A stretch of 64,000 nucleotides of DNA. Origin: a virus. Taxonomy: Duplodnaviria > Caudoviricetes. Position 1 is the first letter of the stretch. Every line of letters starts with the position of its first letter. The stretch covers positions 1 through 64,000 of the IMG/VR virus record IMGVR_UViG_3300028591_000188; one strand, written 5' to 3'. A program made the translations under genes and the position numbers. The notes under the pieces are model-generated. The model saw only the letters and a list, made by a program, of their open reading frames with translations, was not told the DNA's origin and did not search any database. Below, in pieces: positions 55,220 to 63,032 of the stretch.

Positions 55220-55470
55220 ATATTAAATTCTTCGTCACAAAAATCACTGATATAACCATATCCGATAGGTTGTTCCTCTTCTTCAATATCAGGTAAGGAA
55301 TTAGCATTTGCATACTTTGCAACCATATCAGATAGTTCTCTAACCTTGAGTTCAAAAGACTCTACAATTTCCAATAGTCTTTCAAAATCTCTTTGTTCTA
55401 TACACGTTTGACAAATCTTTCTGTCTTTTTCGGGCAGCAGTTTAAGCTGCTTCTAAATCTATTCCAACAT
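55216..55470 (-). CDS. 84-aa protein requiring TAG=Gln at codons 4 and 6 (not in track)
   Basis: ATG TTG GAA TAG ATT TAG AAG.. gives MLEQIQKQLKLLPEKDRKIC..RDFERLLEIV..DFCDEEFNI*. It starts 2 nt after the upstream TGA, and its TGA overlaps the downstream ATG. Confidence 0.75.
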
Positions 55471-55472
55471 TT

Positions 55473-55955
55473 TCATTCTGTATAATTTTTAATAATGTTA
55501 ATAGCTTCAAGTGTTTCTTTCTTTGTTCTTACTACAAAATAGAAAGTTTTGGACATTTTCTCCAACAAGCTTATAAACAATTTCTTCTTATATGGAAAAA
55601 CTTCATTTTGTTTTCCTTTGGCTTCTATTATGACAGTAAGACCCTTATAATCAAAGATAAAATCTGGAGTATATTTTATATCTATGATTTTATCAGTCTC
55701 TTGATGAAAAGAACCTGACTCTGTTTTGTTCTTTCTGTCATAAACTTTAGCTGTAGGTTTAAAGCCTTTCCACAATACAAAAGTTGTAGGTTCATATTTA
55801 GGATTCATTCCATTTTTTACTAAGGTTTCATATACCATAACTTCAAGCTTTGATTTGAAATGTATCCCATACTTTACTATCTTTGTAGCATTTTTTACCT
55901 TTTTGTTTTCTTCCTTCTCCTGCTTTTTCTTTCTATTGTTTCTTCTAATTACCAT
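55473..55955 (-). CDS. PD-(D/E)XK endonuclease (T7 endonuclease I/DUF1064-like)
   Basis: FKSKLE, YTPDF and IIEAKG. Confidence 0.75.
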   Translation of the reverse strand: MVIRRNNRKKKQEKEENKKVKNATKIVKYGIHFKSKLEVMVYETLVKNGMNPKYEPTTFVLWKGFKPTAKVYDRKNKTESGSFHQETDKIIDIKYTPDFIFDYKGLTVIIEAKGKQNEVFPYKKKLFISLLEKMSKTFYFVVRTKKETLEAINIIKNYTE

Positions 55956-56587
55956 ATTAATTTAAAATTTCTATAGTCTTTAAGAATTGTTTCAGTCTCC
56001 CTAAACACTTTATCAGGCATATCAACATTATTTCTTGCATACCAAGAAGGATGCTTTTCTTTTAATATGAAGTTTCCTTCTTTATAAATTGTATTTTCAA
56101 AGGATTGGGCATCATTACCTAAGAGAATGAAAACCAATGCTCTGTCACTGATGGAGACCTTATGCAAGAGTGAACTTACAAAAGGTCTCCATATCCAGCT
56201 ATGAACTCCAGTCTTTCCTACCATAGTAGTTAAACTGGCATTTAATGGTAATATACCTTGATTACACCAATCAACCAAATCATAAGGGGCTTTTTCTTCT
56301 CCTCTGGCACTCTTTAATAATACCTTAAGTGATGGAGATATACATTTTACATCATTATTGTTTGCAAACGCTACTCCTGTAGAAACCCCTCTTTGTGGGT
56401 AAGGATCCTGTCCAAGTAGAATGACCTTCAAATTATTATAATCACATAAATTAAATGCTTTGAAGATATTCTTATAGGAAGGACACAAATCCTTAATATT
56501 CAGTCTCTTGATTTCATCAAGTGCTTTATGCAAGAGATTGAAGTCAATTACCTTAGACCAGTTGCAAAAATACTCAATCTCTGTCAT
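55949..56587 (-). CDS. ung: Family 1 uracil-DNA glycosylase
   Basis: LLGQDPYP, SPSL, QGILPLN and HPS. Confidence 0.92.
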   Translation of the reverse strand: MTEIEYFCNWSKVIDFNLLHKALDEIKRLNIKDLCPSYKNIFKAFNLCDYNNLKVILLGQDPYPQRGVSTGVAFANNNDVKCISPSLKVLLKSARGEEKAPYDLVDWCNQGILPLNASLTTMVGKTGVHSWIWRPFVSSLLHKVSISDRALVFILLGNDAQSFENTIYKEGNFILKEKHPSWYARNNVDMPDKVFRETETILKDYRNFKLIW

Positions 56588-56599
56588 TGGAAATTCAAA

Positions 56600-57688
56600 T
56601 TAATTGTTATTTAATGTTTCCAATCTCTTAAGAATACTGTCATATGTTTGTTCCCTAGTAAGATGTGTTTCAATAATTGTATATTTATCAACATCTTCAT
56701 TATTAATTTCTCCTTCATAAGTTAATTGCTTAAGATAAGCAACATCATTATATAAAGGACATTCAGGTTCAATAACATCCCCATTTTCATCAAAATCAAC
56801 TAATGCTATAGGGAAGTATTCACAAGTTCTCATCTTTCCGTAATTATCCTCTGGAGGAACAGAACAAATATTTGCTGGATTTACAAGAACCTGTAACCCT
56901 ACATCTCCAAAATAGTTTCTCTTAAGCCAACCTGCTGAAGCACAGTGCAATCCAAAAGAGCACGTTACATTTTGGTCACAGTCAACTTCACTTCTAGGCA
57001 TACTTACAGGTTGTCCTAACTTAATTATAGTGGAATGACTATGTTGGTCAGTATATGTAGGAGAGTTTGCTCCTTTATTAACAATGTCATCATATATTTC
57101 TCCCAAAGACATTTCGTTAATTCCTCCATCTATTTCATAGGGATTCTTACCTTCTACATACTTTGCTTGATAATAGGAATTAATTATATTCTTAACCTCT
57201 TTAGTACTATACCCTGATTCTTCCTTAATGTCTGCATTTCTATATGCAACAACAAGACCAGCTTCAGTAATCTTCATATTCCACTTTCTGATAAACCAGA
57301 ATAAATTATTCCTTACCCTAGAGTCAGGATTCAATGAAACTAAAGTCCAGAAATTCTTAAACTTCTTAATTTCAGCTTCATTATCTTCTTCTTCTGCTTC
57401 AAGAATCTTCTCAACAAAGTCACTTGGAATGCTTTGTTCAGAAATATCCAACATATACACAGAGTTTCCTCTTAATGTAAGGATGTTTGAATGTTGTACC
57501 CTATCAGCTATAAGCTTTCCTTCTACTTCTTCCTTAGGAAGGAATTTTCTTTTTACAATTTCCTCATTGTCCTGATTAACAATAAGGAAATCCCATAATT
57601 CACCATCACAATCTGTAATTATTTGGGTACCATCTGAGAACACTAATTGTAGTGTCCCATCTTTACAAAATGCTTTAAAATTACTCAT
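56600..57688 (-). CDS. rIIB: rIIB-like protein
   Basis: VAYRN, GQPVSMPRSEVDCD..CSFGLH and VLVNPANICSVP..GKMRTCEY; adjacent to rIIA. Confidence 0.85.
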   Translation of the reverse strand: MSNFKAFCKDGTLQLVFSDGTQIITDCDGELWDFLIVNQDNEEIVKRKFLPKEEVEGKLIADRVQHSNILTLRGNSVYMLDISEQSIPSDFVEKILEAEEEDNEAEIKKFKNFWTLVSLNPDSRVRNNLFWFIRKWNMKITEAGLVVAYRNADIKEESGYSTKEVKNIINSYYQAKYVEGKNPYEIDGGINEMSLGEIYDDIVNKGANSPTYTDQHSHSTIIKLGQPVSMPRSEVDCDQNVTCSFGLHCASAGWLKRNYFGDVGLQVLVNPANICSVPPEDNYGKMRTCEYFPIALVDFDENGDVIEPECPLYNDVAYLKQLTYEGEINNEDVDKYTIIETHLTREQTYDSILKRLETLNNN

Positions 57689-59453
57689 TGTTTTCTCTAT
57701 TTAAGTTTGGTAATTGTTTTAAATCTAATCCTATTCTTGGGTGTCTACCCATCTTTTTATACACAAACCTTTGTGTATATTCCTTACAATGTTTCTTGGC
57801 GGAATTCCAGAAATTATAAACCTTAAGTTCGTCTTCAGTTAATTTGAAATACTCGATATCTTGAGTGTTAACAAGTCCTTTACTTTCAAAGTCTTTTACT
57901 AATCCTTTAAACCAAGAAGATGCATTAGCTATTACAGTGAGACAGCCTTTGTATTTGTTTTTAAACTCCTGAACTAAAGGAATAAAACCATCATTATCAT
58001 AATAGTAGTTTAGGTTAAGGCCTTGTCCTATCATATTTGTATAGATAATATAAGCAGTAGCTAATTTCTTTAGAATGCTTCTCTTCATAAAATCTTCCAA
58101 CTTGACAAACTTCTTATTTCCTTCAAGAAATACAGCTTCTTCTTTCTTCACTGTAATTAAAGCTTGTATACAAGGAATATATTCAGTAATTCCAGAGAGA
58201 TTCCTAAGCATATCATCTTCCTTAGTGTTATAGGTATATACTACTATTCCTCTTTCTTTTAGATAAGGTGATAAATCTTTATTATTGAAATAACTGTTAT
58301 ACCTATATACCCTATAAGACATCTTTTTTATACTATCTGCCGATACTCTTTTCTTCTTTTTATCTCCCTTAAAATAATCTATATAGGAATCTGGAACATC
58401 ATCATTACCTATGCTTGTTATGTTTAAGTTATCTATCAAGAAATTTATACAATCGGAATAATCATAGTTCGCATTTTTACAATAATTACTTATTGCATGC
58501 TTTAATGCATCAGCTCCACAAAAGTTCAAAATTACTGCTTTACCATTTGTTGTTCCTGCAATATAAGATTTTGTTATGTTTTTAAATGTCTTATCTGCTT
58601 TTTCATACAACTTTATTTCTCCTGCTATAAAGTTCTTTAAATATAGTCTCCTTACTTCATATGAACTTAAGTTTTTATTCATATATATGTCTGTTCTAGG
58701 AATAGACATATAATATATTTCACGTAAAAATCTTGCAAACCTGATAGGAATTGTATTACCGTTTATTCTTATCCGTGTATAATCCAATGAAACATCAGAA
58801 TAATTAATATTTAAATCATTATCTATTCTACAACTTGAATCATCCACAAGTTTTAAATAGAAATCTTTTAATGTAAAATCCTCAGATAAAGCAGAAGTAA
58901 CAATTTCTTGTAATTCATCTTTAACTAAACCAAGTCTTTCATTGACTACTTTTTTAGTTCTGTCATTAAACTGGAGAGCTTCTCTATTTGGAATAATATC
59001 TACACTTCCTATTGGTAAATCAATAATTAATCCATGAGTCTGAAATTTAGATGTAATTAATCGTTCATTATCAGTATATAATACTTTTCCTAAACTAAAA
59101 TAACAATAATAATTGTGAAGATTACAAGTTTTAAAGTTTTTATATTCCGTTACTTTTCTTTCATTAAACTCTTTTACTCTATTTATTATAGAGTAGTTTC
59201 TACCAAAATACTCCACATATAACTTATCAAATAAGCATAGTGTTTTTATTGCATCTGTGAGTTCACTGTCACTATATATCCTCATTTTTATGGAAACTTC
59301 CAAACCATTCTTGAAGTCTCCTTCTGTAACAGATAACCTATCTATGTTTATACCATTTCCATTTTTATACATTACATAGGAATATTTCTTTCCTTCATAA
59401 TAAGAAGTTATGTTTGCTACATTAGTGCAAGCTAAGCAACTAAATCGACCAAT
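57681..59453 (-). CDS. rIIA: rIIA-like protein, exon 2
   Basis: Starts IGRFS, completing the GHKL motif GMFG|IGRFS; GSVDIIPNREALQF. Confidence 0.85.
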   Translation of the reverse strand: MGRFSCLACTNVANITSYYEGKKYSYVMYKNGNGINIDRLSVTEGDFKNGLEVSIKMRIYSDSELTDAIKTLCLFDKLYVEYFGRNYSIINRVKEFNERKVTEYKNFKTCNLHNYYCYFSLGKVLYTDNERLITSKFQTHGLIIDLPIGSVDIIPNREALQFNDRTKKVVNERLGLVKDELQEIVTSALSEDFTLKDFYLKLVDDSSCRIDNDLNINYSDVSLDYTRIRINGNTIPIRFARFLREIYYMSIPRTDIYMNKNLSSYEVRRLYLKNFIAGEIKLYEKADKTFKNITKSYIAGTTNGKAVILNFCGADALKHAISNYCKNANYDYSDCINFLIDNLNITSIGNDDVPDSYIDYFKGDKKKKRVSADSIKKMSYRVYRYNSYFNNKDLSPYLKERGIVVYTYNTKEDDMLRNLSGITEYIPCIQALITVKKEEAVFLEGNKKFVKLEDFMKRSILKKLATAYIIYTNMIGQGLNLNYYYDNDGFIPLVQEFKNKYKGCLTVIANASSWFKGLVKDFESKGLVNTQDIEYFKLTEDELKVYNFWNSAKKHCKEYTQRFVYKKMGRHPRIGLDLKQLPNLNRENNE

Positions 59454-59692
59454 CATTTGTTATCTTAAAGGCTTTTTATCCTTTAATTCTTGTAGTTTCC
59501 TACAAGTTCAGCATATCTTTTCATTGTTTATACAATGTCCCTGCCTCTTGTGGAGATTATATCTTTTCACTCCATATGCGTTGCGGCTGGTTTATCTTAG
59601 ATAAACCTTCACCTCTGATTACCATATCTTTCGACTTAGGCTTCCAGATTTTTTCAGGGATTTTAGTTCGGCAATGGTCATAATTTTTATTT
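59454..59692 (-). mobile_element. ORF-less group I intron (239 nt) in rIIA
   Basis: 5' exon GUUCGGU pairs with IGS GCCGAAC, with U-G at the splice site. P3 UCCCUG/CAGGGA; P4 UCUG/CAGA; P7 GCAUA/UAUGC; S-like AAGAUAUGC; terminal G at 59454. Splicing restores the frame and GxFGIG. Confidence 0.9.
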
Positions 59693-60055
59693 ACCGAACA
59701 TTCCTATGAAGTCATTACTATCTCTTTTAGTTGAGCTTCCTATGTTTTTATATATCCTCTCAAATCTTTCAGGACTTATTCCTGTACCATAATCCCTAAT
59801 TGATATTCTATAGTTATAAATCTCATCAGCGTCTTCAATCAACAATAATATAGGCTCTTCTGTACCAGCTTCTATATGGGAATCATAAGCATTTGATACG
59901 GTTTCCCTAAGGAAGGATTCCAATGGCTTGGAATATAAGTTTGAAGTCAACAGTGTAGCAAGAAAGTTAATATTCTCCTTATCTATACCTACCCTATTTT
60001 CCTCAATATTTCCTATATAAGAAGCTTCGTGACTTTCTTCTGTATTTACTATCAT
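59693..60055 (-). CDS. rIIA: rIIA-like protein, exon 1 (GHKL ATPase N-terminus)
   Basis: LYSKPLESFLRETVSNAYDS, IRDYGTG and SSTKRDSNDFIGMFG; likely start MIVNT at 60055; spliced product 711 aa. Confidence 0.88.
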
Positions 60056-60074
60056 TGTTTTATATTTACAGTTA

Positions 60075-60122
60075 AATAAAAAATAAGGGGGAAGCAAAGC
60101 AATATAGCCTTACCTCCCCCCT
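60075..60122 (-). terminator. Intrinsic terminator
   Basis: Minus strand GGGGGAGGTAAGGC-TATATT-GCTTTGCTTCCCCC followed by TTATTTTTT (14-bp stem with G-U pairs). Confidence 0.8.
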
Positions 60123-60136
60123 ATGAAAAGAATTGA

Positions 60137-60370
60137 TTAATGTTTCAGATAATCAGCAAGTTGGTCTGCCTCAGCTCTAGTAATGACTTTCTTAGAGAGA
60201 AGCAAGCTTGACAAATAGAACAATGCAGCTTCTGCATTAGTTTTCTTACTGTTAATCAAAGCTTCAAGCTTGTCACTTGGAACTCTGGTGTAATTGTCAC
60301 CAAATTGTTTCTTTACTTCTTCAGAGAGATTAAGTTCCTTAATCTTTGCATAAATTTCTTTTCTTGTCAT
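60137..60370 (-). CDS. Hypothetical protein
   Basis: Track ORF (MTRKEIYAKIKELNL..FGDNYTRV). Confidence 0.7.
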   Translation of the reverse strand: MTRKEIYAKIKELNLSEEVKKQFGDNYTRVPSDKLEALINSKKTNAEAALFYLSSLLLSKKVITRAEADQLADYLKH

Positions 60371-60382
60371 TGTAATAAATTG

Positions 60383-61366
60383 TTAATTGTTAAATAATGG
60401 GGTTATAGTTTCAATAAATTTCTCCTTGCCTACTATTTTATAAAAATCTGAAATATCCTTACCTCCTTCAAATTGTGGGAGTATTATATTCTTAAATCCA
60501 GTTTCTTCTGAAGTCTTTTGTGCATAAGCTAAACCTGCCTTGTCATTATCATATAGGATATAGATATTCTTGAATCTTGATTTAAGGTTTTTCTGTGCAG
60601 TAGTGCTCATTACATATCCTTCTCCTTGCAATGCTATAGCAGGAATTCCAGTATTGCAAGTAAGGCACAATGCATCTTTTACACTAGAACATAAACAAAC
60701 TTTATCTCCTTTCTCAGGTAAAGTACTCCATAATGATACAACATCCCCTCTATGGGTACCTAACCATTTATATCCTTTTATATTATAAGGCTGATATAGT
60801 TTTATAGTGACTTTCTTATCTTTTCTTTCAACATATGCATAAGCTAGTTTATCCATAGGAATAGCCATTGTTTTACCATCCTTCTCTATAATCCTATGTG
60901 ATACTGGATATACATCTGCTTTCTTTAAGGCTTCGATTGTAACTCCATAAGACTCCCAATATTCTTTGTCATAAGGTTTCCAGTTTCTTACTTTCACTTC
61001 TATATTCTTGCTGGAATCTAAGGTGTGATTTACAGTTACCGCTTTTTTTGCTTTCTTGTTGCTGTTATCTTTAGTTTCAATAAGGTTTTTATTTAACTTT
61101 TCAACAGCTTCTGGTATACTCACACCCCAATATAAAGAGAAGAACTTTAACATTCCTCCATGCTCTCCTGTGGAGAAATCCTTAAAATAAAGATTTACAC
61201 CATCAGGAGAGTATATTTTAAATGAAGGATGTTTGTCGTCTCTTAAAGGAGATTTTATTAGGCAAGGTATCTTTGTAATTCCAAAGAATTCATTGAGTAG
61301 AACAGAAAAGTCTACCTCTTTTGACAGGATATGATAATCTACTGTCTCCTTACCTAATGCAATCAT
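60383..61366 (-). CDS. DnaG-like primase (degenerate Zn finger + TOPRIM)
   Basis: SPLRDDKHPSF, FKDFSTG, SSVKDA and YDNDKAG..KDISD. Confidence 0.8.
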   Translation of the reverse strand: MIALGKETVDYHILSKEVDFSVLLNEFFGITKIPCLIKSPLRDDKHPSFKIYSPDGVNLYFKDFSTGEHGGMLKFFSLYWGVSIPEAVEKLNKNLIETKDNSNKKAKKAVTVNHTLDSSKNIEVKVRNWKPYDKEYWESYGVTIEALKKADVYPVSHRIIEKDGKTMAIPMDKLAYAYVERKDKKVTIKLYQPYNIKGYKWLGTHRGDVVSLWSTLPEKGDKVCLCSSVKDALCLTCNTGIPAIALQGEGYVMSTTAQKNLKSRFKNIYILYDNDKAGLAYAQKTSEETGFKNIILPQFEGGKDISDFYKIVGKEKFIETITPLFNN

Positions 61367-61368
61367 AA

Positions 61369-62241
61369 TTAATCCCAGGGATTATCTGTGGTAGAAGTTT
61401 CTTCTGCCTCAAAGTTAGTGGCAGCAGGAGAATATTCTTTCAGAGGACCAAAAGTAAATTCAGTATTTGCATACCTTCCACTAGTTGCAGGGTTGGTATT
61501 AATCTTATCTAATTCCTTAGCAAAACCTTCAGACTGATACTTTCCACTAGTGGTTTTAAATCCTTTATAGAATTTATCACTAAAGAAGGTTTGATATTCT
61601 CTATTTTGGTCATCAGTTCCTATGCCAAACATTACTTGGGCAGTATTGATAGGTCTACCTGCAAAAGTATCCTTAATTTCTTTGACATCACCATTGAACC
61701 AACGGTCAATATGGTCAAACCTGACTTCACAATCAGCAGGAGTGGCTTTTGGATTAGGCACCCATTGACCATCAATATAAGCTGTCAAATTAGGAATACC
61801 CATGTAAGCTTTTACAAATTGAGTAAAATTGTCTTCTCCAATAAACGAAGGACGATAATCCTTTGCAACATTGATAGCACTGCCTGTAGATGATACAGGA
61901 ATTTCATGAGTTTTAAGTTGGTCTTCAGTTACCCAAGCAGTTCTTCCATAAGAATCAATAACTTGGAAAGTTCCTTTGGTAGGACTAGCAAATCTTTGAT
62001 TCTTAATAGAAAATTTCATAATAAGGATTTCGTCAATTTCAATAGGTTTCACATAGAGAGTAACCTTAATTTTCTTTACTCCATCCTTTTCAGTTACATA
62101 AACAGGCTCTTCTTCAACTTCTCTACCAAGCTTTGCCAATTCTGCCTTGGTAGGATTGACAGCCAAAACATTCACATTACCAATTCCAGTGTATCTCTTG
62201 AATGATACTTCTTTTGTTTCATTACCTTTTGCAATTGCCAT
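61369..62241 (-). CDS. Conserved replication protein, probable ssDNA-binding protein
   Basis: RYTGIGNVNVLAVNPT and QVIDSYGRTAW; acidic/aromatic C-terminus (TDNPWD); position beside the primase. Confidence 0.5.
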   Translation of the reverse strand: MAIAKGNETKEVSFKRYTGIGNVNVLAVNPTKAELAKLGREVEEEPVYVTEKDGVKKIKVTLYVKPIEIDEILIMKFSIKNQRFASPTKGTFQVIDSYGRTAWVTEDQLKTHEIPVSSTGSAINVAKDYRPSFIGEDNFTQFVKAYMGIPNLTAYIDGQWVPNPKATPADCEVRFDHIDRWFNGDVKEIKDTFAGRPINTAQVMFGIGTDDQNREYQTFFSDKFYKGFKTTSGKYQSEGFAKELDKINTNPATSGRYANTEFTFGPLKEYSPAATNFEAEETSTTDNPWD

Positions 62242-62266
62242 AGTAATATTACTTTTAAATTATTAA

Positions 62267-62644
62267 TTATTGATTTACTTCTTCTGTTGTCTCAACAGGC
62301 TTCGGAGCAATATAATACACATTTGCCTGAGCATCAAACTCAACTACATCAGTATTAGGGACATACTTTGTAATCTTCAAAGCACGACCATTCTTGTCAG
62401 TCTTAACTGAACCTGTGGTAGGATCAACATAGTCACTAACAACTCTCTTGACAATTTCTTCACTGGTATAACCGCCAGTAAGAATCTTAGTGCCATATTC
62501 CATACCTTCAATCTGTGCATTGATAGCTTCAAGTTCTGCTACATACTTTTCTAACTTTGCTCTCTTCTCAATAAGAGGTAAAACATTCTGGGCAGTTCTC
62601 TTAATGGTAGCCCACTGTCTTGTTGACAATTCTTTCTTTTCCAT
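62267..62644 (-). CDS. Hypothetical protein
   Basis: Track ORF. Confidence 0.7.
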   Translation of the reverse strand: MEKKELSTRQWATIKRTAQNVLPLIEKRAKLEKYVAELEAINAQIEGMEYGTKILTGGYTSEEIVKRVVSDYVDPTTGSVKTDKNGRALKITKYVPNTDVVEFDAQANVYYIAPKPVETTEEVNQ

Positions 62645-62690
62645 AATTAATTAATTAATTTGATTGATTGATTTGTTATTTTTTTCACCA

Positions 62691-63032
62691 TTAAATGGCA
62701 TAATATTTTCTGATTGTATCATCTACAAGTTTAAGACTATTAGGAATTTCAAACTTATCGAACATTCCAATAGGAGTCTTTGCAGATGAATGGTTTGCTT
62801 TTGTTTGGAAATAATATCTATTATCTCCTTCATCACCATAATCCACTCTAGTCATAAAGACTATCGGATAGAATCCTTCTGGCTGTACTTTGGTTAGCTT
62901 TTTTCCAATAACACTGAAAACCATTTTTTCAGTGCCGTCTGATTGGGTTTGAAGCATTGTGTGACCCATAACATATACTATTTGGTCATTTCTTAGATTG
63001 TTACAAATTGAATTAAGTTCAATTACATCATT
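62691..63032 (-). CDS. AAA_24/Sak4-like P-loop ATPase, 3' exon (5' exon outside window)
   Basis: NDVIELNSIC..VYVMGHT..GKKL..PEGFYPIVF..FQTKANHSSAKTPIGMF..IPNSL; lacks a Walker A motif, so it is incomplete; begins right after the intron terminal G. Confidence 0.75.
   Translation of the reverse strand, partial: NDVIELNSICNNLRNDQIVYVMGHTMLQTQSDGTEKMVFSVIGKKLTKVQPEGFYPIVFMTRVDYGDEGDNRYYFQTKANHSSAKTPIGMFDKFEIPNSLKLVDDTIRKYYAI

Noticed and set aside
55170-55355. Track ORF 55170-55355 (-)
   Set aside because: It overlaps the exonuclease start; the alternative frame 55216-55470 fits both neighbours with coupled junctions.
59454-59456. ATG 59456 as an independent start for a separate rIIA C-terminal gene
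   Set aside because: Its G is the intron terminal G; starting here would split the GHKL motif.
32103-62205. Plus-strand track ORFs across the right half (e.g. 38770-39237, 40276-40734, 57228-57575, 61591-61893)
   Set aside because: They are antisense to well-supported, tightly packed minus-strand genes.
62645-62690. AATT and TGAT microsatellite-like runs upstream of 62644
   Set aside because: Short AT-rich leader typical of Bacteroidota translation-initiation regions; too short to call an origin or array.
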